NCBI GenBank assembly: GCA_016618085.1
Contig: JABLTG010000036.1
Location: forward strand, 108,756-128,755
Direction: 5' to 3'
Length of the DNA stretch: 20,000 nucleotides
Source of the DNA: Neovahlkampfia damariscottae
Taxonomy: Eukaryota
Part shown: piece after piece, positions 19,701 through 20,000 of the stretch
Position numbering within the stretch: position 1 is the stretch's first letter
Layout of the letters: every line of letters begins with the position of its first letter
The notes under the pieces: model-generated
Told to the model about the DNA's origin: nothing
Seen by the model: only the letters and a program-made list of their open reading frames with translations
Databases searched by the model: none
Program-made: the position numbers and the translations under genes

Positions 19701-20000
19701 AAATATATTTCTTGCTCCATTATAATCTCTTGGAAGAGAAAAATTACAATATTTACAATTGAAATAATCTTTTTTTCCAAGTTTCCAATCTATTCCACAT
19801 GATCCACATGTACAACTGGTATAATGTTCTGAAACTTCATGTACTTGAACAGAATCTTTTTGAGCAAGATATTTTAGTGTTTGACAAAATTGAAAATGAG
19901 ACCAATGAAGCATTTTTCTCACTGTTGTACTATGAATTTTTCTTTCCCATTTTTTAATCATTCCTTTGACTGGAAATTTTGAAATCAAAATTTCATCATT
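19569..20000 (-). CDS. Fanzor2 / IS607-family TnpB-like RNA-guided endonuclease, C-terminal part (5' end lies outside the window)
   Basis: Frame is open to the window edge: NDEILISKFPVKGMIKK..RKIHSTTVRKMLHWSHFQFCQTL. Rearranged RuvC-II Glu in VSEHYTS (codon 19827-19829), Zn ribbon CGSC...CKYC, and RuvC-III RDYNGARNI (Asp codon 19725-19727). Confidence 0.93.
   Translation of the reverse strand, partial: NDEILISKFPVKGMIKKWERKIHSTTVRKMLHWSHFQFCQTLKYLAQKDSVQVHEVSEHYTSCTCGSCGIDWKLGKKDYFNCKYCNFSLPRDYNGARNIFLMNIQNFIGNPKTASTAGDGPIPKETLILMSGLINQNEWKSQF

Larger units (their letters stand above)
19562..20000 (-). mobile_element. Right end of a eukaryotic IS607-like Fanzor2 element
   Basis: Fanzor2 ORF plus a structured 3' end terminating near GATAGCGG on the minus strand. 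The left end and any serine recombinase gene would lie beyond the window. The exact boundary is inferred. Confidence 0.6.

Overview
AT-rich, very gene-dense nuclear DNA from a unicellular eukaryote. It uses the standard genetic code, has tiny GT-AG introns (28-45 nt among those I measured) and most intergenic gaps are under ~100 bp. A mitochondrial complex I subunit is present. The style fits a heterolobosean-type amoeba, but the taxon is only an inference. Reconstructed host genes, in order: cullin C-terminus, U-box+PH protein, PIG-U, a ~1544-aa TH1/PH-like + tandem RUN protein, GPR180/TMEM145-family protein, NDUFS6, CCDC137-like protein, two uncharacterised genes, RIF1, ACBP and a bacterial-type RlaP/YcgL nucleotidyltransferase. 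The right edge holds the 3' end of a Fanzor2 (IS607 TnpB-like) RNA-guided nuclease with intact RuvC-II, Zn-ribbon and RuvC-III motifs. Its tail folds into an omegaRNA-like scaffold that ends about 20 nt upstream of an intronless, compositionally distinct membrane-protein gene. Other notable signals are a probable 1-nt microexon, NF-Y-type CCAAT boxes before nearly every gene start, a 23-bp antisense coding overlap and a decayed ubiquitin-like fragment. All family assignments come from motif recognition by eye; no database search was run.
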